From Zancudomyces culisetae HAW-14-8 (lineage: Eukaryota > Fungi > Kickxellomycota), in NCBI GenBank assembly GCA_052426225.1, contig JBNJNM010000011.1:2604001-2668000 (forward strand): a DNA stretch of 64,000 nt. The letters run 5' to 3'. The notes under the pieces were generated by a model that ran no database searches, was not told the origin of the DNA, and saw nothing but the letters and a program-made list of their open reading frames with translations. Position numbers and translations under genes: made by a program. This document shows positions 1 to 11,389 of the stretch, piece by piece (the stretch's first letter is position 1; each line of letters begins with the position of its first letter).

Positions 1-2538
1 GCTTCCGCTGGCAGTGTTCTCCATAAAACGCACGGGATATTTCCGAACAACCACTACACGAGTTGCCATCCCGTAAGCTGGGCCACCGTCGGGTTTTATT
101 GTATGGACACCATAGCTAAGCTTTGTTGAATTTACATTTGTTCTAACAAATCCCAATTTGGTATCCCAACGCGCCGTTCTAACACTGTTTGAGCTCATAG
201 ACAGACATGGAGAAATAGGTGATGTCGGACTGTCCAGCTGAAATGGCGAGATTCCATCGCCACGCGACTCAACACCAAGTCCGTCTCCAAAGGATGAGCC
301 CAATAAGGTAGCGCCAATCACTACCACTTTGGTTCCCATTTTGAGCCTGCCACGGTCCAGTGCTCTAATCAAAACCGCATCAACTCTTGCGGCAATTGGA
401 TAATACCCATCACTCAACAGCACTGTGTTTTGGCTAACACGGTGCACCAAAACATACACACTAGCCAGCTTGGCACTTGAATCGCCCTCCATAATTCTAC
501 GAATCATGGGCCTTTTTCCCTCCTCGAATTCCCGAACATACCGTTTTCGCATCTGTTCTCTAGCCGCTTCAACTGTCCAAAAATGCCTTTGAAGAGGAGA
601 AAAGAACCGAGCCATACTTGCCAAGTAATAAACCGTCTGCTGCCACTGAAGCTCCACCCACCTCTCAAACTCCTTTTTATTACCCAACCCCTTGACCCTA
701 CCATCCTTTTCAAACTTGTTTATCAAATCCTGCTCGGCTTCTTTTATCCCAAAACATCCATCAAATCTGTACGCAGTAGCCCCTTCAAACGTCATTGTCC
801 GTGCGTCTGCCGTGCATTCTATGGTTGTACCTCCTTCTATGTTATTACAATATTCCAAGAGTTCTCTCAGCGTTGTTTTCTTTAGTTCGGTCTTTTTAAT
901 GCTACTTACTTTTTCCAGCTGTGGTGGGTCTACGCGTGTCATAGTGGGTGTTTTTATCGGGTACTTAAACAGTGGTCGTTTAAAACCAGTTGTCTTATTC
1001 GCAAATGGTGTGTTGAACAGTCCATTTGTTCTCTTTATTCCTGCTTTTGTGGGCTGCCCACCGCTGTCATTACTGGAGTGTGTTGGTACGTTGGGCGCAC
1101 TTGTTGGTGTTTTAAACGGCACTTTAAATGGCGTATTAAACTTTCCACCAAAGCTATGTCTGGTAGGTTTACTATTGGACACTCTAACTTGTGCTGACTG
1201 CTGTTGAATTTGTTGTTGTTGCTTCTGTTGCTGCTCTTGATCTTTGACGCTTTGTGCTGGAGTTTCTGTACGTGCTACAGTTTCTGTCTTTTGGCTGGTA
1301 CTAAATATCTCTTTTACATTTTGTGTGCTTTTAACAGGCTTTTGCGGTGTTGTCAAATTGAACAACTTGTTTATACGCTCAATCGTTTCCGTTGATGGAG
1401 TCGTTTTTGAACCCCCTTCTACATTCCCTATCCTATTCCCTGACGCTGTGCTAAATCCCCCAATTCCCACAGTGTTCGTCGGTGTTACTGCTGACTTTGG
1501 AGTTGTCTTCTCGTTACCTTTGCCATTAACGGACTTTTTAAAGGGTGTTTTAAACTCAGTAGGTGTCCCTCGGCTGTTGTTTTTAGCCCTCTTTAGTATC
1601 GCCTCAAATATTTCATTGTCTCTTTCCAGCTTTCTCTTCATTTCCAGCACCACTGGATCTTCTCCCTCATCCACCTCCTCTCGCACTGTCTCCTCTCGAT
1701 TCTCTACAACCTCAGCATTGTTTCCTGCCATTTCTATGCCTTTCAACCCTACCATCTCTTCTAATAGTTTTATTCTTGTCTTGGTTTCTATATATCCCTT
1801 TCCAGTAGAATAATCAAAACTCTTCCCCTTTTTCATTTCCATTTCTCGCTCTAATTCCCTTTGCTCAAATGCAAATATCTCGGAATCTTGATTCTCGAGC
1901 ATCTTTTTGGGCGATTCCACCAAATTTTTCTTTTCAAAAAGCTTGCGAACTATGTTTTGTGTCACGCTCTGTTCACCCACTTCATGTGCACCAGTTTTCA
2001 TGGCTTTTCCTTCCAGCTCCGTTTCCCTACCCAATACCTCATCGCTCCCATCACCGTCATTCTGGGTGTCAGACATAATTTCTGTAGGTTCCTCTCTCAA
2101 TTGATATTCACCTTCTGTCTTTTTTCCATTCTCGTTATTGTTTATACTGTTATCTATATCATGCCCTTCTTTCGATTTACTAGGACTTTCTCGATTTTCC
2201 TGCTCCCCTTCACCTTCCCCTTCACCCTCTGTCTCGTATTTTTTGTATCCTGGTATCGGTGAGGAGCTTTGAATAGGTGTCTTGGAGCTTGATACTGCAT
2301 TTTCTAGCTCAGAGTTCAATTTTGCTATCTTTTTCCGTCCAATTCCTCGGTTTTCGTAGTCCAGTATATGATCAAGATTCTCTGATAAATATATCTCATC
2401 CCAAATCATATCCTCCATCTCCTCAAACTCCTTTTCGTTGATTTCTCCAGTATCTTCCAGGTTCGCTTGTGCTTGCTCCTTTACATTGTGTTGCTCTACG
2501 CCTCTCTCCTGTGCATTGTCAGTATTTTCGGTTTCCAT
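1..2538 (-). CDS. BRCA2: BRCA2/Brh2 homolog, 3'-truncated by the window edge (absent from the ORF track, consistent with no stop before the edge)
   Basis: Manual translation of sampled segments from ATG at 2538 (METENTDNAQ...). Contains a BRC-like GFSTASGNRI...INKLFN, the helical domain WVELQWQQTVYYLASMARF...EQMRKRYVREFEEGKRPMIRRIMEGD, and OB1 LSDGYYPIAARVD...SNSVRTARWDTKLGF...DGG...VVVVRKYP. Confidence 0.92.
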   Translation of the reverse strand, partial: METENTDNAQERGVEQHNVKEQAQANLEDTGEINEKEFEEMEDMIWDEIYLSENLDHILDYENRGIGRKKIAKLNSELENAVSSSKTPIQSSSPIPGYKKYETEGEGEGEGEQENRESPSKSKEGHDIDNSINNNENGKKTEGEYQLREEPTEIMSDTQNDGDGSDEVLGRETELEGKAMKTGAHEVGEQSVTQNIVRKLFEKKNLVESPKKMLENQDSEIFAFEQRELEREMEMKKGKSFDYSTGKGYIETKTRIKLLEEMVGLKGIEMAGNNAEVVENREETVREEVDEGEDPVVLEMKRKLERDNEIFEAILKRAKNNSRGTPTEFKTPFKKSVNGKGNEKTTPKSAVTPTNTVGIGGFSTASGNRIGNVEGGSKTTPSTETIERINKLFNLTTPQKPVKSTQNVKEIFSTSQKTETVARTETPAQSVKDQEQQQKQQQQIQQQSAQVRVSNSKPTRHSFGGKFNTPFKVPFKTPTSAPNVPTHSSNDSGGQPTKAGIKRTNGLFNTPFANKTTGFKRPLFKYPIKTPTMTRVDPPQLEKVSSIKKTELKKTTLRELLEYCNNIEGGTTIECTADARTMTFEGATAYRFDGCFGIKEAEQDLINKFEKDGRVKGLGNKKEFERWVELQWQQTVYYLASMARFFSPLQRHFWTVEAAREQMRKRYVREFEEGKRPMIRRIMEGDSSAKLASVYVLVHRVSQNTVLLSDGYYPIAARVDAVLIRALDRGRLKMGTKVVVIGATLLGSSFGDGLGVESRGDGISPFQLDSPTSPISPCLSMSSNSVRTARWDTKLGFVRTNVNSTKLSYGVHTIKPDGGPAYGMATRVVVVRKYPVRFMENTASGS

Positions 2539-3572
2539 TTTTGTCTATTATTCTAATTTCTATAATTCTATCCCAAACATTTGTTAGTGGGATAAAATCC
2601 AATAAACATAAAAAAAATGTTTTTTCTATTAACAAAGGGTTGATACTAACAGTCCCCTTCCTAAAAATAACAAGTTCTCAGCCTTCACTGTATGCTGATC
2701 CCCCACCCCCCTTTTTTTTTCTCTCTTGCGGTTCTATTTTTTCCTTGGTTATGTGCCCAAGGGTCAGCCTTGTTTTATTTACAATGTTTGTTCTATTTTC
2801 TTAAAAAAGAAAGAAAAAAGAAAAAAAATAAAACTGAACTATTTATTGCTGTCAGCTAGAGAAACTAGCTAGTATAAAGTGTGAAAGTTTAACCTAAAGA
2901 AGAAATGGTATAGCGCGACTTTAACAGGATTGCATGTACGCATCACAACATTTGTTTACTATGTTGCATTCAGTTTATTTATTTTTCCTTTTCCAAAATC
3001 CATCACATTTGCAAAAAAAAAAAAAAAATAATAATAAAAAAACAAAAAAAATCAATCCTCTTCGCCTTTCTTCTCAATATTGATTAATAATTCGCTGATT
3101 CCCGTTTGGAATTTCTTTTTTCCTTTTTTCTTTTTTCCTCATATATTTATTTTTGCATGATTTTGCCACTAGTCTTTTTCAATCAATCAAGGCAGTTCCT
3201 GTTTCCTACTCATTACATTTTATTCTATTGTAGTATAGGACTTGGGGAGAGGGGGGGGGGGGGGGTTTATAAATTGATTTACGACCTAGACTGCCAAAAA
3301 TAAAAGACACTACATTTGCATAGCACATCTATCCGCATTTACCCACAGTCTTCTGAAAAAATAAATAAATATCAGAACCATGGCTTGATCTCATCCTACC
3401 CAACTCAACTCAACCCAACTCTTGTTTCTACCTGTATCAATAGGCCTTTTGGTGACATTTGTTTTTATCCAAGTGTAAAAAGAAAAGAAAAATGATAATG
3501 ATAAATTACAAACACATAAACTGTATAAAAAAGAGAGAAAAAAAAAACAGCCTAAAGCTTAACATTCTAATA

Positions 3573-4403
3573 CTATTCATCATCAAAACCATCTTTCCAT
3601 CGTCTAAGCGCACTGGCGCAATCAAACTCGGGCTTACCAAGCCGTCTATTGACACCATTATGGAGTTTACACATCCAGAGACTCAGATCTCTATTATTTT
3701 TAACCTGAGGCTTTTCTTTACTAGGATCGTTTAGTTCAGCCACCAAGTGCTCGGAACACGTGGAACACGGATAAAATTTTGCAAATAGGTTGATAAATGT
3801 TGTCATTTCTTTTTGCTGTTGAATTGTAGGCGTTTCTGGGTAGTATGCTGCCATCGTGTGTAAAAAGGTCCAGGAACTGCTGCCCAGTACAGTTGAGTCT
3901 GGAGGGGAATCAAAATATTCAATCGGAACAAAGCTAAACCCACCACTACTTTGTGGCTGCACCAGAGTTGGGTTGGAGGGTTTGTTATTCATCTCCTCTG
4001 CATATTTTTTAGAATTGTACCGTGCGATAGTCAAAAACCCTACGATCGACGAGATAAATGAAGGAGTATCCTTGCCACTCCCAAACTTGTCACTGCTACT
4101 GCTACTGTTACTACCGCTCTTATTGCTATTTCCATCCACTGTCATTTGTGTTACTGTAGCAGCGGAAGTAATCGCTGTAGCCGCGGTCGAAAACCTTTTC
4201 ACCTTTGTTGGGGTTTTAGTTTCAGAATCATGCTTTTTCTCATTTGTCCAAAATTTAAAATCATCACAAACTCTACAGGGTTTCTTTTTCGTGCCCGGTA
4301 TACTTGAACTTTTTGTATTGGGATCGTTTTCTACACTCGATGCACTGCTTTTTTCGCTGTGAGTTGCGGGTATTTTTGGAATATCATTAAAGAATTTATC
4401 CAT
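3573..4403 (-). CDS. ERV1: FAD-linked sulfhydryl oxidase Erv1/ALR (mitochondrial IMS disulfide relay)
   Basis: N-terminal shuttle KPCRVC; core PPD..LGSSSWTFLHTMAAYYP, FYPCSTCSEH, LWMCKLHNGVNRRLGKPEFDC..RWKDG. Confidence 0.95.
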   Translation of the reverse strand: MDKFFNDIPKIPATHSEKSSASSVENDPNTKSSSIPGTKKKPCRVCDDFKFWTNEKKHDSETKTPTKVKRFSTAATAITSAATVTQMTVDGNSNKSGSNSSSSSDKFGSGKDTPSFISSIVGFLTIARYNSKKYAEEMNNKPSNPTLVQPQSSGGFSFVPIEYFDSPPDSTVLGSSSWTFLHTMAAYYPETPTIQQQKEMTTFINLFAKFYPCSTCSEHLVAELNDPSKEKPQVKNNRDLSLWMCKLHNGVNRRLGKPEFDCASALRRWKDGFDDE

Positions 4404-4792
4404 TTTATATAAATCTATACTTTATGTACAACCCTAAGTACCAGAAATATAACCAAAAATGGGTGAGTGTGCTTTTGCTTTATTTCATGCTGTAGTTGAT
4501 GTGTTTGTAAGTTTATAGGATTAAACTATTTAGCTTATTTCTATATTGTTCTAAACACTAAAAAAAAATGAATTGTGGGCGTGAATTAGTCTTATTTTTG
4601 TAAATTAAATATCATGTTTCCCAAATATTGATTTTATTTGATTACAAATCAGAGGCTGATAAAAAATATTTTAATCTTGTTGAATGTTTAGCTGTTTCAT
4701 TTGTTTTTTTTTTTTTAAAAAAAAGGTAATTCAGCTGATATGAAATGGATTAAAGCGAGAACAAAAAGGAAAAAAAAGAGCAAATGAGCTCT

Positions 4793-7700
4793 TCAAGACT
4801 GTAACATTTCAGCAAATTCATCGGCGAATTCAGCTGATTCCATTTCTGTTGCCAAGAAATCAAGGAAATTTCTGGAAAGCTTGGTTTGGCTATAACCAGG
4901 ATCCAGTTCGTTTCCTTTTCCGCTTGCATTTCCTCTAAACTGAGTCAAGTCCAAATGCATTAACCTGGAGTGTAGAAACAGCTTCCATGGATAGTTCAGC
5001 ACCAGGTCCGATTTCAAGGCCACCAGCCGCCTGTGAAGGTGTGGAAGTTCGTAGCTGGGAGAATCTTCACTGCTAATCGCCGAAATAATCTCTTCTTCGC
5101 TATTAAAAGCTAGGGTAGGCAGCCACACATCATTGACCAGTTGGGTATAGGTAACGGCGTGGTTATTGGGAGATGCAACGCTGTTACTGCCATAGCCAAG
5201 TCCGGCCAATATAGCAGTGGCAAAGGCCAGCAACAGCTGGAATCTCGTGTTATTGGGGTTATACTCGACGCTTTCGTATCTCTGATACCCTACAACCAGA
5301 ATATCCATAAGATCTATGCCTGTGGATACAAGATGGTTTATAATATTGGAGATAATGGGTTCAAAAGTAGATCCCAGAGATCCAAAGCTAAATGGCAAAA
5401 CCAGCAGCCGAGAAATGAATAATGCGACATAGCTTTTGCTGTAGTCCGAAGATAAAAGAGATGGCTTAGTAATGGATTCAATAAAGCCTGAAGAGTTAAG
5501 GCAGTCTAGTAACAGTTGAGTTTGGGCAATTTCAGAGTTCTTCAGAAACAGGTAATCAATAATTTCGGTAATGGGCTCCAAGACTGCACTTGAGTAAGTA
5601 TCGGAATCGAGTAGCATGGTAAGCACCGAAATCAGCTTGTTCATGTAGATGTTATCAGGTCCCGGAATTGTTGAAGCTATACCTAACAATATGTATGAGC
5701 TAACTAGATCAAAGTAGTCGTCAAAGTACTCGGTTGATCCACAGTGCTCAAACATCTCGCATAAAGAGATAAACAAATCCAGCAAGATAGAGGCCGGGTG
5801 GTTATTGCCCACCATCAACGGTAGAGTGGTATCAGACAAAGAATGAAGCGTATACCTCCACAGAATTGTGCCGTCTTCTAATACGTGAAGTGAATTCTCA
5901 ATGGAATATCTGATCAGCGGTACTATGAATTCCAAAAAGTTTTCAATATAAAATATGGGCTGGTCCGGCTGCTCGTTTTGTTGAGATTGGGAATATCCAA
6001 GTACCGAAACTAAAGTGCAGACCATTTCAATTACTGTTCCCATGAATATTGGGTCACTATCACTAGCAGCTTTAGATGTATACATTTGCACTGCGTCCCG
6101 TACATGACAGAATATATCGTGAACATAAGGCATAATCTTGGATTCTAACCGTTGAACCAAAATCAACAGGCATTTGAAGACACGAGTTTTAGAGTCAGAA
6201 AGTTCTGGGCGAATAAGAAGTTCGGCTAGCGAGATGACTGACTGTTCTAAATATTGCATAAATTCGGATTCTTTAAACTCCCAATCATCCACCAGTTCGT
6301 GCAGACTCATTACTGCTGACAACCTAACCACCAAGCTGGATTCGACCGAGTATGAAAGAAATTGACCCACCAACACTCGGAATACTGTATTTCTATTTTC
6401 CTCGCTCATCTTGCCATTGATAAACGCACTAAAGTTTCCAATTATCTTGGCTACCCGCATCCTCACAATGAACTCCTGTTGGTGGTGTTCATCCCCCGAC
6501 ACTGAGTTTCCGACACTGGTTATTAGATTTAGGAACCATTGTTCAAAGCTCTCTTCTTTGCTAATCACGCTCGAACATAGGCCTACTGCATTTATAAGCG
6601 CCTCTTTGACTCCAACCGAATATCCTGCTGTTTCCATTGTTGTCAGTGTGGTTATAAATGGCTCTAACACCGCCTGACTGTAACTTCTGGCCAGTTCACT
6701 AAACAGTTTTTCGGCGCATTTTCTAATATCTCCCTCCCAATATTGGATATTTTCTGCCAACAACCACTCTTCTACATCTTCAACCATCTCCACAATTTGT
6801 TCCTGTTCATAAACCATATATTTGGTTATCAGCGCCTCTGCCATCTTGCCAACCTGCTCACTCGTCATAAGCTGACTATCCATTATTGCTCTACTCTCAG
6901 CCGCGCCAGTATTACCATCTTCTGCTAAATCTGGTTGGTATTTTACGTTTGTCAGTATTCTGTTATACAAAAGCAACCCTTGTGCTACAACTATATGATT
7001 TCCTCCCACCCTTCCTGCTCCAATCACACTTCCATACCACTTTAGTACCTCCACGCTCCCTGGTATCATCAAAAATGTTTCTCCTTCATGCTTGCTCAGC
7101 TCTAAATATAGCTTGCCACTTCCTTTAATCACCTTTTCTATCACCTCTCTCACGTCGCCTGTTTCTATTCCCAACTCCATTCCCATCCCCATGTATATCC
7201 CATATAATTCTATCATATTTTGTCCAATATTTTGGTATATCTCTATCGCATCCGCACTTGTCTCTGGTCTATCAAATTCATTGCCTATTATTCTTCTTAA
7301 TATCTTTATTTCCATTCGCAAGATCTTGAGCTCCTCTACAATGTTTTGATTCACATCTATGCTCGCCCGTATCCCGCTAATGCTCTCCATATACCAAACC
7401 TTTATTTGTCCAATAGCATTCCCACTAAATTTTTTAAAAGCATTTCGCTCGACACTCATTGCTCTTCTGCTATTTAATTTAACGCTACTATGCAACACCA
7501 ATAATGCATTCCGATATTTAAATAGCGCCTCTCGTGTTCGACCATTGGCATTAGCCTGGATCCTTTGATATTCAACTGCTTGTACCATTTCATCCAGCAC
7601 ATTGGGTCTAATTTATTAACATCATTACTATTACTTTCTACCACTCTGACCATGGCTAATTTTAGCAGTAATACACCGCGTATTTACCTCTCTATAGGGA

Positions 7701-8396
7701 AATCCCATCTAGCTATCTTTGAAACGGCAATGTTATAATGTATATTAATCTATTTTTTTTAATACCACACCTACATTAATTACCAATATTACCAACTCTT
7801 AATAACAAATCCTTGACTAAAAACCAAATTTACCCTTTCATACTCGCTAGGATCGAGTTCTATGATTCTTTTTCTGATTTCATCCTTTTCGTCTCCTGAA
7901 ATGTGTCTATTTCGTACAAATTTTACCAATAATGTTATAGGGAAAGTATTTAAGCTTTATTTAGTCCATTCCTGCAAAACACATATAAATACTAGTGATT
8001 TATGTAAATACACTTATTTTACTTACTTGATTGCTGTGTTTCGCCAGTATTTTTGCATTCCATTCTTGAATTCTATGGCTGCCATTAATCTTAGCTCATT
8101 ATTATTGTTCTTGTCTAGATATATCGTCTATTGTAGTTGTTGTTATTTAAAGAATAAAACGAAGAAATTAGTATTTTTACACTTTTCTGAAGTAATATTT
8201 TGTTGTGAAGGAAGTTGGATACAAACTACAAAAAATGTAAAATCGAATGTTGTAATAAACTGACCTGTAGACCATAGTAATACCCTTTTATGTCACAAAT
8301 CTTCTTTAATAATTCTTCCCCCTCAAGTGTCAGCTGTTGCTGTCCCGTCGCTATTTTCTCCAGAGCTAGCACTTGCTGTTCAAAAAGTTCATCCAT
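4793..8396 (-). CDS. KAP120: Importin-11 / Kap120 (importin-beta family), multi-exon
   Basis: 935-aa last exon plus four short upstream exons joined at GT-AG sites: MDELFEQQVLALEKIATG...; ...RLMAAIEFKNGMQKYWR (IBN_N signature); HISGDEKDEIRKRI; ...SKIARWDFP. HEAT-like body with IRKCAEKLF, KEALINAVG, VDDWEF. Confidence 0.85.
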
Positions 8397-8963
8397 GCTT
8401 TATTTACTTCTATTTCTATTTCTATGTTTATTCCAATCTCTATTTTGCTTGGTAGAACCCTTGTATCGTTCTACAGCTTTGATTCTACTGCCACTATGTG
8501 TGTGTCTCTTATCCTTCTGTGAACCTCGGTTTTACAATTTATAATTTACCTATTCAAAAAGCATATTACTACAAGATAAACCTTAAATCGCCAAAACACA
8601 AAAACAAACAAAAAAAAATTTTCTGGGCCATTTTTAATTTGCTGTTTCAAAACAATATTTTCCGATTTTCTTTGTAATTATTTTCTTTATATTTATTTAC
8701 TTTATTTTTGTACCGCATTTCTCAGAAATCCAAAGAAAAAAGCCGCACCAAATTTGTCAATTTGCCACATACCACACTAAGTGGCCAATAATACACGTAT
8801 TCTTCATTTTGGACACACAAAAACTGTTTAGTATGGCTTAATCGCACTTCCATTAGCGAGGTTTTATTGAGTGTTTCAGCGTATGTTAACTAAAAACGTT
8901 TAAAACTAATGCACTTGCGGTAAATTAACAGTGCTGAACCAAAAAGTCAAAATAAAGCGTGCC

Positions 8964-9743
8964 TTATTCTTCGCGGTGGAGCACGAATGGGTTAGCCTGT
9001 CCGTTGGCCAAGCAGACAATTTGAGAGACTACACATCTTGGATGTCTGCTTGTTGCAAACACTATTGCCTCTGCAATGTCCTCAGCTACCATGTGATCGG
9101 CCCCTTTGTACACATTCTCGGCTTTAGTTTGGTCACCACCAAACCTGATTAGTGAAAAGTCGGTTTTTACCATACCTGGGTCTATTTCAATAACACGGAT
9201 TTTTGTGGAGTTTGTCTCAATTCTCAGTGAATCTGTTATTGCTCTAAGAGCAAACTTTGAGGCGCAGTAAATACTTCCACCACCATATGCTGTTATCCCT
9301 GCTATCGAGCCCACGTTGACTATCGCCCCTTCATTTCTCTCTTTCATCTTTTTTATAACCTGCTGGGTAACAAATACGAGCCCCTTCACATTTGTGTCAA
9401 ACACTTCATCGATAACGCTCTCGTCGACTGTTTCTACGGGATCAACTCCCAAGGCTTTACCTGCATTGTTAATCAACACATCGATTTTTTCCTCTGCAAA
9501 AGCTGGGAGCCTTTTGAAACACTCCACTACCTCCTGTTTATTTGATACATCCATCTTGTCGATGTGAACCTTGACTCCAAACTTGCTTTCAATATCCTTT
9601 TTTATTTCTTCTAGCATCTCTATTCTTCGTGCAAACAATACCAAATTACCGCCATAGCTGGCATACAAATATGCTGTGCTTTTGCCAAAGCCTGATGAGG
9701 CGCCTGTGATAACTATTGTTTGACCCTTGATTCGTTGAAACAT
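8964..9743 (-). CDS. Short-chain dehydrogenase/reductase, YdfG/YMR226C-like NADP-dependent 3-hydroxy acid dehydrogenase
   Basis: ITGASSGFG Rossmann motif, LINNAGKALG, catalytic GS...YCASK, IDPGMVKTDFSLIRF. Confidence 0.92.
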   Translation of the reverse strand: MFQRIKGQTIVITGASSGFGKSTAYLYASYGGNLVLFARRIEMLEEIKKDIESKFGVKVHIDKMDVSNKQEVVECFKRLPAFAEEKIDVLINNAGKALGVDPVETVDESVIDEVFDTNVKGLVFVTQQVIKKMKERNEGAIVNVGSIAGITAYGGGSIYCASKFALRAITDSLRIETNSTKIRVIEIDPGMVKTDFSLIRFGGDQTKAENVYKGADHMVAEDIAEAIVFATSRHPRCVVSQIVCLANGQANPFVLHREE

Positions 9744-10364
9744 TTTCGAGAATTCGTTCTTTTTGTTTTTTCTTTTTCTTTCCTATCGGTACACCTTAAT
9801 GTGTTGTTTTTTATACTTCTTGATGCCAATTATCCAGGAAAAGAATATATGTTTTTGGTAAAAACAAGCATTAACATGCTACTAGTATTTTCTTTGATTT
9901 CTAGCTGCTATTGTTTCGGATTAGAGTCCGCTTAATTTCATTCGATGCAAATAACATATCCAATGATTAATCTTGAATTCGTTAATCAAATTAGTCAAAA
10001 CATGCAAAATGGGAAATTACTTATGACTCTTTATTTCCCCCTTATTTTTTCATCGAAATAGACTTCGTTATTTCGGTAAGCATGGCGAATTAGCGCAAAG
10101 CGATTCACAAAGTAAACATTTTTTCATTAAGCCTCAAAGCATTTGGTAAGTGAGAAAAAAATTAACCGTAAAAAAAAATTTTGTGATTAATTTGTCATAA
10201 AGTGTCAAGATAAAAAAAAGGGAACACTTACAAATAAGACGAATGTCGACATAAGGATCCGTGTATACCTCTTGAAATCACAAATCCATATACTCATTAG
10301 GAGTAGTTTCGGCTCTTCACTTACAAATTTTTCTCCAGGAGCAAACAAAAAGCACGAAAACAAC

Positions 10365-11276
10365 ATGACTTTGCGTCAGGATCAACAAAAAAAGATTCTA
10401 CCCAGTGGAATAGTCGAATTTGCATCAGGAACAATGGGTGGTTGGGCCCAGGTTGTTGTGGGCCACCCATTTGATACCTTGAAGGTTAGAATGCAAACAC
10501 AGACAGTTCCTACAATGTACAAAAACTCATTAGACTGTCTAAAAAGCACAGTGAAGAATGAAGGAGTTCTGGGTCTGTTTAAAGGAGTTGGATCACCACT
10601 GATCGGAATAGGATTCTGTAACGCGGTTGTATTCTCGGCAAACGGCTTTTTCCTGCAGCAATTCAAATCTTTTAGGAACAGCAACGAATTGGGACTTGCG
10701 GACAAGGCAATTTCCGGTGGGCTTGCGGGTGGTGTTATGGCATTCACCACATGCCCTGTAGAATTAGTAAAAGTGAAACTACAAACTCAATATATGGTTA
10801 CAAACGAGGCCGAAAGGTATAAGGGTGTGTTTGATTGTGGCGTACGGATTTTTAAAGAAAATGGTATTAAAGGACTTTACAGAGGACTTGGTGTCACTAT
10901 AATTAGAGAAATACCAAGTTACACAGCATACTTTGGATGTTATGAAGGATTGAAGAATCTATTCATCCAGCTTAGACCTGAAGGCCCCGCAAAAGATAAA
11001 CCTAGCACAGCGTTTGAAATGTTTGTAGCCGGAGGTATCAGTGGAATAGCAGCATGGATATTTGCCTATCCTCAAGATATTGTTAAAAGCCGATTGCAAA
11101 AAGACAATAAATACTCAAGCACATCAGCATGCATCCGGGCATTGCGAGAGGAGGGAAGAACCATAGGTTACAAAATATACTTGAATGGATTGGGACCAAC
11201 TCTTCTGAGAGCATTCCCAGCCAACGCAGCCACTTTCATTGCTTATGAATGGACAAAGAAACAGCTGAACTTTTAA
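10365..11276 (+). CDS. Mitochondrial carrier (SLC25), carnitine/ornithine/basic amino acid-carrier type
   Basis: Three carrier signatures PFDTLKVRMQ, PVELVKVKLQ, PQDIVKSRLQ; REIP and LRAFPANAATF contact points. First ATG at 10365 (the track starts at a TTG). Confidence 0.92.
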   Translation: MTLRQDQQKKILPSGIVEFASGTMGGWAQVVVGHPFDTLKVRMQTQTVPTMYKNSLDCLKSTVKNEGVLGLFKGVGSPLIGIGFCNAVVFSANGFFLQQFKSFRNSNELGLADKAISGGLAGGVMAFTTCPVELVKVKLQTQYMVTNEAERYKGVFDCGVRIFKENGIKGLYRGLGVTIIREIPSYTAYFGCYEGLKNLFIQLRPEGPAKDKPSTAFEMFVAGGISGIAAWIFAYPQDIVKSRLQKDNKYSSTSACIRALREEGRTIGYKIYLNGLGPTLLRAFPANAATFIAYEWTKKQLNF

Positions 11277-11389
11277 GTAGATAAAGATTATTGATACAAC
11301 AGCAAAATCAAATAATTTGTATACCAAAAATATTTTTTTATTTGAAAAAAATAGAATAAAATAACACATTTTACTGATCCAAAAAAAAA

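Noticed and set aside
504-2804. Hydrophobic-looking short ORFs
   Set aside because: They overlap the BRCA2 frame on the minus strand or its AT-rich promoter; their composition mirrors the Lys/Glu-rich BRCA2 codons.
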